NCBI GenBank assembly: GCA_965223795.1
Contig: CBDCXL010000002.1
Span: 2,624,001-2,688,000 of the forward strand
DNA: 64,000 nt
Source of the DNA: Nitrospinales bacterium
Lineage (GTDB): Bacteria > Nitrospinota > Nitrospinia > Nitrospinales > VA-1
Direction of reading: 5' to 3'
Below are positions 38,682-48,815 of the stretch, piece after piece. Under the pieces are notes generated by a model. That model was given only the letters and a program-made list of their open reading frames with translations. It was not told where the DNA came from and did no database searches. The number at the start of each line of letters is the position of its first letter. Positions within the stretch are counted from its first letter, which is position 1. The position numbers and the translations under genes were made by a program.

Positions 38682-40358
38682 GTGAAAAGGAAGAATGGAG
38701 CCGTGCTGGTCTTAGCGATCTTCCTTACGGGGATCGTGGCCTGGGGAGAGGCGAACGCGGAAAACGCCTCGGAGGTCATCTTCCAGGCCTTTCACGAAGA
38801 AATGAATCGCTCATTGCGGGATCTTAAAACAGAGGATTTCCCGGCACCTTATTATATCAATTACCAGATCCGTCACAACCGCCACGTCGAAGTGACGGGC
38901 AGCCTGGGCGCCCTGGTGGATTCCAGGGAAGAGGAAAAGCGCCACCTGTTCGTGGACGTGCGGGTGGGCAATCCGAAATTCGACAGCTCCACGCCGGGCA
39001 GCCACGATCACAACGTGCGGCAGCTGATTCCGCTCGACAACGACCTCAAGTCGCTCAAGCGCGCACTCTGGTATGAAACGGACATCCGCTACAAGCAGGC
39101 GGTGATGAACCTGCTGCGCAAAAAAGGCCGCCGGTTCAGCGGCGTGGAGTCGTTCACGCTGGCCAATTTCTCCAGCGGCAACGCGCCCACGGTGCGCGTC
39201 GATGCGGTGGAGCCGGTGCAGGTCGATGTGTCCGCGTGGGAGGACACGGTGCGCCGGGTCTCCGAGCGTTTCACCCGATACCCGGGTATCGAAAAATCCA
39301 GCGTCCGCATCGCCTTCGACCGCAACCTGCGGTATTACCTCGACTCGGAAGGCAACCGCATCGAGGACGGCCAGCACCATTACAAGGTGGTGCTGGAAAC
39401 CTGGACCAAATCCGATTCCGGATCGCAGATCCACGACCAGGACACGATCTATTTTTCCTCGCCGGAGAATTTCCCTTCAGAACATGAATTGAACGCGCGC
39501 GCCGATGCGCTGATGGAAGAGACGCAATCGCTGCGCAAAGCGCCGCGCATGGAACCCTACGTCGGGCCCGCGGTGTTCAGCCCGGAAGCGGCGGCGGTGC
39601 TGTTCCACGAGGCGATCGGTCACAGGCTGGAAGGGGACCGGCTGCGGCTGTCCAGCGACGGCAAGACCTTCATCCGCAAGATCGGCCGGCAGATCCTGCC
39701 GTCGTTCGTGAACGTGATCGACGACCCGAGGATGCGGCAGTCCTTCGGTGAAGACCTGCTGGGGCATTACCTGTACGACGATCAGGGGCAGAAAAGCGAG
39801 CAAGTGGTGCTGGTGGAAAAAGGCGTGCTGAAAAACTTCCTGCTCTCGCGCACGCCGGTGGCCGGGTTCAGCCGGTCGAACGGGCACGGCAGAAGCGACG
39901 GCGTCAAGTACCCGTTTTCCAGAATGGGCAACGTCATCGTGCGTTCGGACAAGACGCTGGACGCGGATGCGCTGAAGCGGAGCCTGCTTGAGGAAGTGCG
40001 CCGGCAGAACAAGCCCTACGGGCTGATGATCCGCAAAATGATCAGCGGCGAAACGATCACCGACACGAAGCAGTTTCAGGTGTTCAAGGGCAAGCCGCTG
40101 ACGCTGTACAAGGTCTACCCCGACGGCCGCGAGGAACTGGTGCGCGGCGTGGAGTTCGTGGGGACGCCGCTGTCCATGATCAGCAAGATCATCGCGATGG
40201 GGGACGACCTCACCGTCACCAACGGGTTCTGCGTCGCCGAGTCGGGAGCGGTGCCGGTTTCCAGCCAGACGGCGAGCATCCTGCTTTCGGAGGTGGAGCT
40301 GCAGACCGCGCACGAGGTGCCGCTGCGCAAGCCGATCCTCAACCCGCCGCCGCTTTAA
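38682..40358 (+). CDS. TldD-family metalloprotease, probably exported
   Basis: HEAIGHRLE, YDDQG, SNGHGR, SRMGN; N-terminal signal-like segment. Confidence 0.9.
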   Translation: MKRKNGAVLVLAIFLTGIVAWGEANAENASEVIFQAFHEEMNRSLRDLKTEDFPAPYYINYQIRHNRHVEVTGSLGALVDSREEEKRHLFVDVRVGNPKFDSSTPGSHDHNVRQLIPLDNDLKSLKRALWYETDIRYKQAVMNLLRKKGRRFSGVESFTLANFSSGNAPTVRVDAVEPVQVDVSAWEDTVRRVSERFTRYPGIEKSSVRIAFDRNLRYYLDSEGNRIEDGQHHYKVVLETWTKSDSGSQIHDQDTIYFSSPENFPSEHELNARADALMEETQSLRKAPRMEPYVGPAVFSPEAAAVLFHEAIGHRLEGDRLRLSSDGKTFIRKIGRQILPSFVNVIDDPRMRQSFGEDLLGHYLYDDQGQKSEQVVLVEKGVLKNFLLSRTPVAGFSRSNGHGRSDGVKYPFSRMGNVIVRSDKTLDADALKRSLLEEVRRQNKPYGLMIRKMISGETITDTKQFQVFKGKPLTLYKVYPDGREELVRGVEFVGTPLSMISKIIAMGDDLTVTNGFCVAESGAVPVSSQTASILLSEVELQTAHEVPLRKPILNPPPL

Positions 40359-40543
40359 ACACAAATACACCAACCGGATGCGGCGTGCGCGCCGCACTTC
40401 CGGCGGGCGTGGGCTCCCGTTGTTCCGGAGCCGCCAAAATAAAATGCCCCCCGCCTCTGGCCCGCCGGTTCGATCCGGCCTATATTGAAGACAACATCTC
40501 AAACCCTCCGGTCCTCACAAACCTTCTTATAAGGAGGATGGCC

Positions 40544-40927
40544 ATGAGGGAACGCATTCGCATGAGTTTCGCCCTGATCTTCTTCGCAGCCGTGGTCTTC
40601 GCCTGGGTTCCGGCGGCCGCGGAAGTGCCACCGGAAGACAAGGAACTGATCAACGGTACGCTCATCCTGCATCCGGGGATGTCGGGAAGCTGCCAGAACG
40701 ATTTCATCGTCGAGAACCTGAACGCCGATGAGGCCGAACTCAAACTGGTGCTGGGCGAGGAGGAATTCCTCAAGGACCGCATCGACGGCAAGAAAGCCAA
40801 AGCCTACGGTCTCAAGGACACGCTTTCCACCGCCTTCATCCAGGGGAAACAGGTCCGGCCGGACGACATCGCCACGATCCTGAACGTCGGCGACAAATCC
40901 AACCTCCGGCTGCATTGCATGGAATGA
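40544..40927 (+). CDS. hypothetical exported protein
   Basis: AGGAGG RBS; signal peptide. Confidence 0.75.
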   Translation: MRERIRMSFALIFFAAVVFAWVPAAAEVPPEDKELINGTLILHPGMSGSCQNDFIVENLNADEAELKLVLGEEEFLKDRIDGKKAKAYGLKDTLSTAFIQGKQVRPDDIATILNVGDKSNLRLHCME

Positions 40928-40968
40928 GCCGGCGGAACACGAATAATTTTGAAAACCCGATCAGGAAG

Positions 40969-40998
40969 CCGGGGACGCAGCGCGTCCCCGGTATTTTT
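40969..40998 (+). terminator. intrinsic terminator
   Basis: CCGGGGACGC-AGC-GCGTCCCCGG followed by TATTTTT. Confidence 0.75.
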
Positions 40999-41021
40999 AT
41001 GGCCCTGCAACAAGGTGATTC

Positions 41022-41963
41022 GTGCTGAACCGCATCGTCGTCTACCTCACCCATCCCCACGTGGACACCTGGAACTTCAAGCCCGAGCACTGCGAGATCC
41101 TGCAGGACGCGGCGCCGGGGCTGGACGTGGACGTGTGCTACCGCTCGGCGGAATTTCTCGAACTGCTGCCGGAAGCGGAGGCGGTGGGGGTGTGGTACTT
41201 CAAGAAAGAGTGGCTGAAGCACGCGCCGAATCTTAAGCTCATCGCCACGCCCGCGGCGGGCAAAGACTGGATCGACGTGGAAGAGAGTGAAAAACTCGTT
41301 ATCTCGCACGGCGGTTTCCACGGGCCGATGATGGCCGAGTCGGTGGCCGGGGCGGTGTTTTACTTTCTCAAAGCGTTCAGACAGAGCGCCGGGTTTCAGA
41401 AGCAGAAAAAATGGGCGCTCAAAAAAATCTCAGACCAACTGGGAACGCTGTACCAGGCGCAGGTGACGATTCTGGGATTTGGCCGCATCGGGCAAATCAT
41501 CGGCCGCGCCCTCAAGCCGTTCGGCTGCCAGATCGCCGGGATCAAACGCACACCCGTCGCACCGCCGGATTATTTCACCGAAGGCGACCGCATCGTCACC
41601 GATGCAGATTTCACCGACGTGTTGAGAGAGACCAACCACCTCGTCGTCGTGCTGCCCGGCGGCGCGGGCACCGACGGAATTCTCACGTGCGAGCATTTCC
41701 GCGCGCTGTCCGACACGGCGTATCTCTACAACGTGGGGCGCGGCAATCCCTATCAAGAACGCGATCTCGTGGAGGCGCTCAAAAACGGCGAGCTGGCGGG
41801 CGCGTACCTCGACGTGTTCGAAACCGAACCGCTGCCGGAAACCTCCGCCCTCTGGGGCATGGACAACGTGCTCATCCAGCCGCACCTCTCCGCCGCGGCA
41901 CCGCAGTACCTCGAACTGTTCGCCCGCGAGTTGGGGGAGAAGATTAAAAATGGGGAGGTGTAG
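41022..41963 (+). CDS. D-2-hydroxyacid dehydrogenase family protein
   Basis: GFGRIG, NVGRG, LDVFETEPLP, QPHLS. Confidence 0.93.
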   Translation: MLNRIVVYLTHPHVDTWNFKPEHCEILQDAAPGLDVDVCYRSAEFLELLPEAEAVGVWYFKKEWLKHAPNLKLIATPAAGKDWIDVEESEKLVISHGGFHGPMMAESVAGAVFYFLKAFRQSAGFQKQKKWALKKISDQLGTLYQAQVTILGFGRIGQIIGRALKPFGCQIAGIKRTPVAPPDYFTEGDRIVTDADFTDVLRETNHLVVVLPGGAGTDGILTCEHFRALSDTAYLYNVGRGNPYQERDLVEALKNGELAGAYLDVFETEPLPETSALWGMDNVLIQPHLSAAAPQYLELFARELGEKIKNGEV

Positions 41964-41978
41964 CTGTACTTGATCGCT

Positions 41979-42015
41979 AATTGTTGTAAAGTTCGGATTT
42001 ACAACGATTTATTAT
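41979..42015 (+). terminator. hairpin/terminator at the left edge of the TA islet
   Basis: AATTGTTGTAAA-7 nt-TTTACAACGATT. Confidence 0.55.
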
Positions 42016-42117
42016 TGTTCTCACTTGCGTTTTTCTTTGTTTTTTAAAGACCTTTTCTTTGCTTGCGCTCATATTCGGAATTGCGAAGTTAAACCAGAGA
42101 ATAGTATTGTAGTGTGA

Positions 42118-42134
42118 TGTAACATTTTGATACA
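42118..42134. promoter_or_regulatory. candidate TA operator
   Basis: TGTAACA-TTT-TGATACA dyad immediately before the toxin ATG. Confidence 0.5.
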
Positions 42135-42140
42135 CTGCTT

Positions 42141-42443
42141 ATGTCTCCCAAAAACATAAAAAAACTCCATCGAAAGAGGAAGCACGGAAGATTTTTTACA
42201 ACGCTTTTTCCGATGGGAAGGTCCGATATAGCAAGCATTCTCGCGACCGAATGGCAGAAAGAGGAATCGATGCCAATGACTTGATTGAAATTTCAAAGGC
42301 AGGACTTGTTTATAATGAGCCGGAAATTGATATTAAAACAGGGAGAGATGAAATATTTAATTGAATGCCAAAAAATGAAACTTAAAGTAGCTTTTATTAT
42401 TCAAGATGAAAAAACGATTCGTTTGGTCACCGTAATAGATTGA
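42141..42443 (+). pseudogene. DUF4258-like toxin broken by two indels
   Basis: Reconstructed MSPKNIKK/TPSKEEARKIFYNAFSDGKVRYSKHSRDRMAERGID...KTG/EMKYLIE...IRLVTVID; frame shifts at the A7 run (42158-42164) and G3 run (42341-42343). Confidence 0.8.
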
Positions 42444-42460
42444 ATTTTTGAGGTCGGGTC

Positions 42461-42967
42461 ATGAAATGTTTGGAATGCGGTCCGGGAAAACTAAAAAAAA
42501 ATAAAGGGAATTACTTATATAAAGAGTCTGGCCTAAGTAACATTGTGTTGGTCAATATTCCTATGTATCGATGTGATGCATGTAAGGAAACAGAAGTAGA
42601 AATTCCCGCTACTGAAGAATTGCACAATATGCTTTCGTTCATGTTGTTGCTCAAGCCTACCCAATTGAATGGAGAAGAAGCACGGTTTTTGAGAAAGAAC
42701 ATGGGGTATACAGAAAAAGATTTAGCAAAAAAGCTGGGAGTTACACGGGTAACTCTCTCTAGATGGGAAAATGCAAAAGGCGCTTTAAAGACAGATAGAG
42801 ATAAACATTTGAGGTTATTTTTCTTAAGCAAAAAAGGAAATGATCTTCAAAAAACTCCCGGAGTCGTTCAGCTAATTAAATCTTTGGTAAGCTATTTGCC
42901 TTTTCAGGATGAAAAAGATCAACTTAAACTGTATCCAGAAGATTGGATGAGCTTGTCTCCTGTATGA
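42461..42967 (+). CDS. MqsA/YgiT-type zinc-finger plus HTH antitoxin
   Basis: CLEC...CDAC, then LRKNMGYTEKDLAKKLGVTRVTLSRWE. Confidence 0.9.
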   Translation: MKCLECGPGKLKKNKGNYLYKESGLSNIVLVNIPMYRCDACKETEVEIPATEELHNMLSFMLLLKPTQLNGEEARFLRKNMGYTEKDLAKKLGVTRVTLSRWENAKGALKTDRDKHLRLFFLSKKGNDLQKTPGVVQLIKSLVSYLPFQDEKDQLKLYPEDWMSLSPV

Positions 42968-42979
42968 GTTGAGAGGAGT

Positions 42980-43507
42980 TTACTCATACGTTCCTCTTAT
43001 CGGATAGTTGGTTTCCTGGATCCACTCGACGGTTTCGACGAGTTCGTTGAGGTCGGCGCGGTGGAACGGGGTGTTGGAGATGTCGATGAGCTGGACTTTG
43101 CCTTCGGCGTTCACGGCGAACGTTCCCGGCTCGGCAAACGGGCGGTCGGTTTCTTCCGGCGAGCGCGGATTTGAGATGTAGAGCCCCAGCTCCTGCATCT
43201 GCTCGATGCTGAGACCGTAGGCCACGGGAAAGGTCAGCTCGTTGTCCTCGACCATTTTTTTGGCCTTCGCTTCCGGGTCGCCGGACACGGCGAGGATCTC
43301 CGCGCTGGTTGCGTGGAATTTTTCCTTCAGGGTTTCCAGTTTGGTGAGGTACTGGTTGCACACCGGGCAGTGCTGGCCGCGGTACACGAACACCAGCTGC
43401 CAGTTGCCTTGTTTTTGCGGCTTGCCCAGCGTCGCTTCCCCGCCTCCCACCAGCGGAAAGGTGAACCCCGGCAGCCGGCTGCCTGAGGAAAGTTTGGTCG
43501 TGGCCAT
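42980..43507 (-). CDS. peroxiredoxin-like (AhpC/TSA) protein
   Basis: [16 protein letters not shown]. Confidence 0.9.
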   Translation of the reverse strand: MATTKLSSGSRLPGFTFPLVGGGEATLGKPQKQGNWQLVFVYRGQHCPVCNQYLTKLETLKEKFHATSAEILAVSGDPEAKAKKMVEDNELTFPVAYGLSIEQMQELGLYISNPRSPEETDRPFAEPGTFAVNAEGKVQLIDISNTPFHRADLNELVETVEWIQETNYPIRGTYE

Positions 43508-43540
43508 GCCGTTTCTCCTATAAGAGGAAAGTTTTTTTAT

Positions 43541-43960
43541 TTCTCCTCACCCCAGCCCCGTCACCCTTCGACAGGCTCAGGATGACACAGGGGCTGTCCT
43601 CTCCCCCAAGGGGGCGAGGAATTTTTCTCTCACATTTTTCTCCGTTTTCTTTGTGTCCTTTGCGTCTTTGCGGTTCTCCAACTTTTTTAATTTGTAAACT
43701 CTTACATTGCTTTCATAACCGAAGCAAACTTACCTCCTCTCCCCACTCTGGGGGGAGAGGATTGCGTCGAGCATAGGTGACACCCGCTCATCAAATTACT
43801 GGAGGTGGCTTGGGTGCGTCCTCGCGGCTTTGCGCGAGGTTCGCTTTCAGGTTTTTTTTCCTGTCACCCTTCGATAAAGCCTACAAGCTCAGCATGACAG
43901 TTTTTCGGTTTGCTCTTGTTCATTCTGCCTGAATTTTTTTCTTTGACGTCTTGGCGTGAC
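43541..43960. repeat. dense cluster of repeat families A-D, including a nested copy
   Basis: D containing C at 43543-43620; B at 43648-43676; D at 43735-43761; C at 43861-43900; A/B-like at 43915-43959. Confidence 0.85.
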
Positions 43961-43999
43961 AGCCTCTGACCATTTTCCCAAACCGAAACGCCTTTTGCG

Positions 44000-45454
44000 T
44001 CACAACTCCGGGCTTTGGGTGTGGAACTCGGTGTTCTGCTGGAAGCGGTGGCCGACGGCGAGCAGGGTTTCTTCGTCGAAGTGGCGGCCCATGAGCTGAA
44101 AGCCGATGGGCAGTTTCTTATCTTTCGAAAAGCCGCAGGGCAGGGCGAGGCCGGGGATGCCGGCGAGGTTGGCGGAGAGGGTGTAGATGTCGGACAGGTA
44201 CATCTGCAAGGGATCGTCGAGCTTCTCGCCGAGTTTGAAGGCGGGCACCGGGCAGAGCGGCGCGGCGATCAGGTCGCACTGTTTGTAGGCTTCCTCGAAA
44301 TCGCGCTTGATGAGCGTGCGGACTTTCTGTCCTTTCAGGTAATACGCGTCGTAATAGCCGGAACTGAGCACGAAGGTGCCGAGCATGATGCGCCGCTTGA
44401 CCTCCTCGCCGAACCCTTCCTCGCGCGTGTTCTGATACATGTCCATGAGATTGGCCGACTGCTCGGAACGGTAGCCGTACTTCACGCCGTCGTAGCGGGA
44501 GAGATTCGTGCTGGCTTCGGCGCAGGCCAGGATGTAATAGGTGGCCACGGCGTACTCGGTGTGCGGCAGCGACACGTCCACGCGTTTCATTCCCAATGAT
44601 TCCAGCGTCTGGATGGCTTGCTCGACCGCCTGTGCCACGTCGGGAGCGAGCCCGCCCGCGAAATATTCTTTGGGCACGCCGACCTTGAGCCCGCTCACGT
44701 CCTTTTCGAGCGCCTGCATGAAATCGGGCAGCTGGATGTCGGCGGAGGTGGAATCCTTGGGATCGTGGCCCGCGATCACGTTCATCAGCAGCGCCGCGTC
44801 GGCGACGGTCTTGGTCATCGGGCCGATCTGATCGAGCGAGGAGGCGAAGGCGACGAGGCCGAACCGCGACACGCGGCCGTAAGTCGGCTTGAGGCCGGTG
44901 ATGCCGCAGAAGCCCGCGGGCTGGCGGATCGAGCCGCCGGTGTCGCTGCCCAGCGCGGCCAGGCATTCGTGCGCCGCCACCGCCGCGGCGGAGCCGCCGC
45001 TGGAGCCGCCGGGCACGTGCTCCGGGTTCCAGGGGTTGGCGGTTTTGTGGTGCCAGGCGTTTTCGTTGGAGGAGCCCATGGCGAACTCGTCCATGTTGGT
45101 CTTGCCGACGATCACCGCGCCCGCCGCTTTCAGCCGCGCCGCCACGGTGGCGTCGTAGGGGGCGGTGAAGTTGTCGAGGATCTTCGAGGCGCAGGTGGTG
45201 CGCGCCCCTTCCATGCAGATGAGGTCCTTGAGCGCGATGGGGATGCCGAGCAGCGGCGCGTCCTCGCCGGCGGCGATTTTGCGGTCCGCTTCCTTCGCCT
45301 GCTGCAGCGCGAGGTCGCGGGTCAGGTGGATGTAGGCCTGCACCGTGTCCTCCACCGCGTCGATGCGGTCGAACACGGCCTGGGTCAGCGCTTCCGAGCT
45401 GTAGCGGCGTTGCGTGAGATCGTCTTTCGCCTGAAGCAGGGTGGCCCGGTGCAT
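44000..45454 (-). CDS. gatA: Asp/Glu-tRNA amidotransferase subunit A
   Basis: [40 protein letters not shown]. Confidence 0.98.
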   Translation of the reverse strand: MHRATLLQAKDDLTQRRYSSEALTQAVFDRIDAVEDTVQAYIHLTRDLALQQAKEADRKIAAGEDAPLLGIPIALKDLICMEGARTTCASKILDNFTAPYDATVAARLKAAGAVIVGKTNMDEFAMGSSNENAWHHKTANPWNPEHVPGGSSGGSAAAVAAHECLAALGSDTGGSIRQPAGFCGITGLKPTYGRVSRFGLVAFASSLDQIGPMTKTVADAALLMNVIAGHDPKDSTSADIQLPDFMQALEKDVSGLKVGVPKEYFAGGLAPDVAQAVEQAIQTLESLGMKRVDVSLPHTEYAVATYYILACAEASTNLSRYDGVKYGYRSEQSANLMDMYQNTREEGFGEEVKRRIMLGTFVLSSGYYDAYYLKGQKVRTLIKRDFEEAYKQCDLIAAPLCPVPAFKLGEKLDDPLQMYLSDIYTLSANLAGIPGLALPCGFSKDKKLPIGFQLMGRHFDEETLLAVGHRFQQNTEFHTQSPEL

Positions 45455-45455
45455 G

Positions 45456-45740
45456 TCAGATGATCTTGGGAACTTCGTAATGGCGTTTCTTCTGCGCCGG
45501 AGCGAGGTCGAGCAGGTCCTTGTCGGGAAAGGCGTTCGCGCCGGGTTCGTCGTCGCGCAACACGTTCCGGATGGGAATCACGTGCGAGGTGGGTTCCACG
45601 CCTTCGGTGTCGAGCGTGTTGAGCTGGTCGATGTGCCCGATGATTTTTTCGAGGTGGCCGCCCAGGCGTTCTTTCTCCGCATCGGTGAGCTTGAGGCGGG
45701 CCAGGGCCGCGATGTGGTCGATGTCGAATTTTCCGGACAC
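45456..45740 (-). CDS. gatC: Asp/Glu-tRNA amidotransferase subunit C
   Basis: [23 protein letters not shown]; adjacent to gatA. Confidence 0.95.
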   Translation of the reverse strand: MSGKFDIDHIAALARLKLTDAEKERLGGHLEKIIGHIDQLNTLDTEGVEPTSHVIPIRNVLRDDEPGANAFPDKDLLDLAPAQKKRHYEVPKII

Positions 45741-45836
45741 AGCGTTTCTCCGCAGCCGGGCTGTGCCCGGACGGGCATTGTCATCAAATTAGGGAAACCG
45801 TCACGCCGGGTCGGCGGCGTTCCGGGTCGGCGTGGA

Positions 45837-46058
45837 TCAGGAAGCCTCGGCCTTGCGTTCCTTCTTGGGCTTTTTTCTCAGCTCCGCGTCCTTTTCGTAT
45901 TTCACCAGTTTGCTGACCTTGCGGGTCAGCCGCTTGACTTTTTTCTTCAGCGCCCGCACTTCGGGGCTTTTCTTGGCGTCCTCGGCCTTTTTGAGTCCTT
46001 CATCCAGGGCCGATCTGGATTTTTTGACGTGGTCCTTCAGCTTTTCGATGGTTGCCAT
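45837..46058 (-). CDS. 73-aa lysine-rich helical protein
   Basis: MATIEKLKDH...; highly basic; host-like codons. Confidence 0.7.
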   Translation of the reverse strand: MATIEKLKDHVKKSRSALDEGLKKAEDAKKSPEVRALKKKVKRLTRKVSKLVKYEKDAELRKKPKKERKAEAS

Positions 46059-46217
46059 GCGCGCCTTTCCAAAAAAGGATTTGAATAAACTCCCCTCTAT
46101 ATCAGATTTACGGCCATACCTCAAGCCCCGCGCCTAGCCAAGCGGCAACAGGGCAGGGTGGGCCTTTGCCAGCGGGGTGCATGCCGCCGTGGTATCCGGC
46201 CAGGGCCAATGTCCCGC

Positions 46218-46802
46218 CTATCTGGGCGAAACCCAGACTTTGTCCTTCCAGTGGCCGCCGCCGTTGGGGTTGTACATCATGCCGGTGCCGGTGTTGGGGT
46301 TGCGGAAGCTCCAGGAGCCGTCGCCGTGGAATTCGGTGGCGCCGCCGCCGGGGGTGTTCTGGATGTTGGGATTGCCCGCGCCGCCGATGCGGCCCTGCGG
46401 CGGGCTGCCCACGCGCCCCCACAGGCCGGTGGCTTCATCCAGCCAGTAGCGGCCGCTCGCCACCTGCAATCCGGTGGTGGTCTCGATCTCGCGGATTTCC
46501 TCCGTGCTGAGCCGCTTGCCGTTGACGATCACTTCGCGCGTTTTCGGCGTCCGTCCCTCCGGCATCACCGGGTTGGTGATGCGTCCCCAGCGGCCGGAGG
46601 CGGGGTCGTACCAGTAGTCGCCGCTTTGCACCTGTGTGCCGCGCAGGCGGTCGAGGTGAACGATCTCCTCCTGGCTCATGCGCACGCCGTTGATGGTGAC
46701 GCTGCGGCTGTCCGCATGAGCGGCCGTTTGCGCTGTCAAGACGAAGACGCCCGCCAGCGCCCCGACGGTGAACGCCGTTTCCCACTTTGAATTGGTTTTC
46801 AT
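46218..46802 (-). CDS. exported protein with two internal NG...GxYWxD..SG.WG repeats
   Basis: Signal peptide; tandem modules of about 50 aa; Gly-rich tail. Confidence 0.8.
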   Translation of the reverse strand: MKTNSKWETAFTVGALAGVFVLTAQTAAHADSRSVTINGVRMSQEEIVHLDRLRGTQVQSGDYWYDPASGRWGRITNPVMPEGRTPKTREVIVNGKRLSTEEIREIETTTGLQVASGRYWLDEATGLWGRVGSPPQGRIGGAGNPNIQNTPGGGATEFHGDGSWSFRNPNTGTGMMYNPNGGGHWKDKVWVSPR

Positions 46803-46941
46803 CGTCTCTCCCCTTTGAAGTCGCTTGCAAAATTGTACCGCGGACCTGGCGAATTCGCAGGCTTTTTTTCTTTGCCGCGAAGCCGGGAAAACTTCGTTAA
46901 CTGGTTGAAATAATTTGAGTTAAATAGTTTTTTCGGCGGCG

Positions 46942-47517
46942 TCAGGAAGCTGTGGGGACGGCGGATTGAATCAAAAGACGCGCCGCCTCTTTGGCCTGGG
47001 CGGCGCTGACGGGAGAGCGCTGGATTTTGGCGATGCTGACCGCGCCTTCCAGAAGCAGCACCAGTTGCCGGGCCAGTTGCACGGGGTTCTCCGCTCCGGC
47101 GGCGGCGGCGAGTTTCGTGATGTAGATGAGGAGGGACTGCTTGGATTCGCTGCAGGTCTGCCGGATGGCGGTGTTGGCGTCCGGGTATTCGCCCGCGGCC
47201 CCGACGAAGATGCAGCCGTGAAAGTCGTCCTGGCGGAACCAGTCCTCCGCGACGTCGAACAGGGCGAGCAATCGCTCCACCGCGTCGGGCGTTCTGGCTT
47301 CCACCGCGCGCATGAAGTGGTTTCGGAAGCGTTCGTCGTAATAGCGCAGGCAGGCGAGGATCAGCTCGTCCTTGGATCTGAAATGGTTGTAGAGCGTTTT
47401 CTTCGCCACGCCGGACCGTTCGATGATGGTGTCGATGCCGACGGCGTGAAAGCCGTGCTTGGCAAACAGCTTCAACGCCGTTTCGATCAACTGTTCGCGT
47501 TTGGATGGCGTGTGCAT
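46942..47517 (-). CDS. TetR family regulator (NemR/ComR-like)
   Basis: HTH GVAKKTLYNHFRSKDEL; FHGCIF. Confidence 0.93.
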   Translation of the reverse strand: MHTPSKREQLIETALKLFAKHGFHAVGIDTIIERSGVAKKTLYNHFRSKDELILACLRYYDERFRNHFMRAVEARTPDAVERLLALFDVAEDWFRQDDFHGCIFVGAAGEYPDANTAIRQTCSESKQSLLIYITKLAAAAGAENPVQLARQLVLLLEGAVSIAKIQRSPVSAAQAKEAARLLIQSAVPTAS

Positions 47518-47541
47518 GCCGTTCCAGCCTCAAAAAATGTA

Positions 47542-47553
47542 TACAATATTGTA
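47542..47553. promoter_or_regulatory. palindrome upstream of tetR
   Basis: Perfect TACAATATTGTA. Confidence 0.45.
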
Positions 47554-47686
47554 CCCTTTATTTTGTCTCCACTGCAAAAATTTTCTTACATAAAATCGCC
47601 TTATCCAACCCATATATTTAAATAAAAATATATAAAACATATATTTATATGATTTTTGGCGGATCTGTAAGGATTCGCGAAATTGG

Positions 47687-47702
47687 TAGACAGATCAGTG
47701 TA
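47687..47702. promoter_or_regulatory. NemR-box-like TetR operator
   Basis: TAGAC-AGATCA-GTGTA resembles TAGAC-N6-GTCTA. Confidence 0.6.
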
Positions 47703-47765
47703 TATGTTTTGCGGAGCGTCTCGCGCTTCCATCATTAAAAAACCCAGAATAAAAGGAGTCCAAAA

Positions 47766-48239
47766 ATGAAACGCCTATTTCGCAGCAGAATCTATGTGTA
47801 CGCCGTGGCCACCTTCCTGGCCGTCGCGATGGCCCAGCAGGTCCACGCCCACAGCGGCCACAGCCAGTCCCCGGTGGCGATCGGCGGCTACGACCCGGTC
47901 GCTTATTTCGACGCCGGCCAGCCCACCCCCGGAACCGGCCACCACACGGCGACCCACAAAGGCGTCACCTACCTGTTTTCAAGCAAACAAAATCAGGAAC
48001 GCTTCAGCGCCCATCCGGAGAAATACGCACCGCAGTACGGCGGCTTCTGCGCCTACGGCGTTTCGGTCGGTAAAAAATTCTACTCCGATCCCAACCGCTG
48101 GAAGATCGTGGACGGCAAACTTTACCTGAACCTCGATAAAGACATTCAGAAAAAGTTCAACGCCGATGTGGCGGGCGCCATCGCCAAGGCCGACCGGAAC
48201 TGGAAACGCATTCAGGACAAGGCTCCCTCCGAGCTTTGA
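47766..48239 (+). CDS. exported YHS domain protein
   Basis: AIGGYDPVAYF, PEKYAPQYGGFCAYG, IVDGKLYLN. Confidence 0.92.
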   Translation: MKRLFRSRIYVYAVATFLAVAMAQQVHAHSGHSQSPVAIGGYDPVAYFDAGQPTPGTGHHTATHKGVTYLFSSKQNQERFSAHPEKYAPQYGGFCAYGVSVGKKFYSDPNRWKIVDGKLYLNLDKDIQKKFNADVAGAIAKADRNWKRIQDKAPSEL

Positions 48240-48361
48240 GCGGCGGCAACGAAATCGTAAAGGCGTGACTGAAAGGGGGAGCCGTTGTGCCGGATTCATA
48301 CCGGAACCCGGCTCCCTCCCGGTCCCCTCAATCCAATAATTCACAACGGAAAGGATAAACA

Positions 48362-48790
48362 ATGAAAACGCTTGCAACCAAACTGGCCTGGATGTTTTCG
48401 GCGGCGTTTCTGGCCGCGACCGTCATCGGCTTCCTCCCCAATCCGCTGGTCGGCGAAGGCGCGCTGTTCGAAGCCAACACGGCGCACAACCTGGTGCACC
48501 TGGCGACGGCGATCGGCTTCGCGGTGGTGGCGGTGATGGGTCCGGCCGCTTCCCTGAACTTCATGCTCGGTTTCGGCGTGGTGTACCTGCTCGTCGGGGT
48601 GATCGGCTTCACGGTCACGGGTTTCAGCTCGGAAGGCATGCTGCTGGGATTCATCCACATCAACGCGCTGGACAATTTTCTGCATCTCGGACTGGGAGCC
48701 GCCATTCTCGCGGGCGGCCTGTTCGCCAAAGGCGCGGCGGCATCCGGCGGCGTGCCGGTCGAAGGCTCGCTCAATGTCCGCTCCCATTAA
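48362..48790 (+). CDS. DUF4383-like membrane protein
   Basis: NTAHNLVHL, DNFLHL. Confidence 0.85.
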   Translation: MKTLATKLAWMFSAAFLAATVIGFLPNPLVGEGALFEANTAHNLVHLATAIGFAVVAVMGPAASLNFMLGFGVVYLLVGVIGFTVTGFSSEGMLLGFIHINALDNFLHLGLGAAILAGGLFAKGAAASGGVPVEGSLNVRSH

Positions 48791-48815
48791 CCGCGTACAC
48801 TCTAAGGAGTTCATC

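Noticed and set aside
42069..42296. 75-aa minus-strand ORF in the TA islet
   Set aside because: It is antisense to the frameshifted toxin and has no recognisable motif
47766..48239. Selenocysteine recoding in the YHS protein (also checked in the CC-motif protein at 10961-11254)
   Set aside because: The relevant codons are TGC with no in-frame TGA
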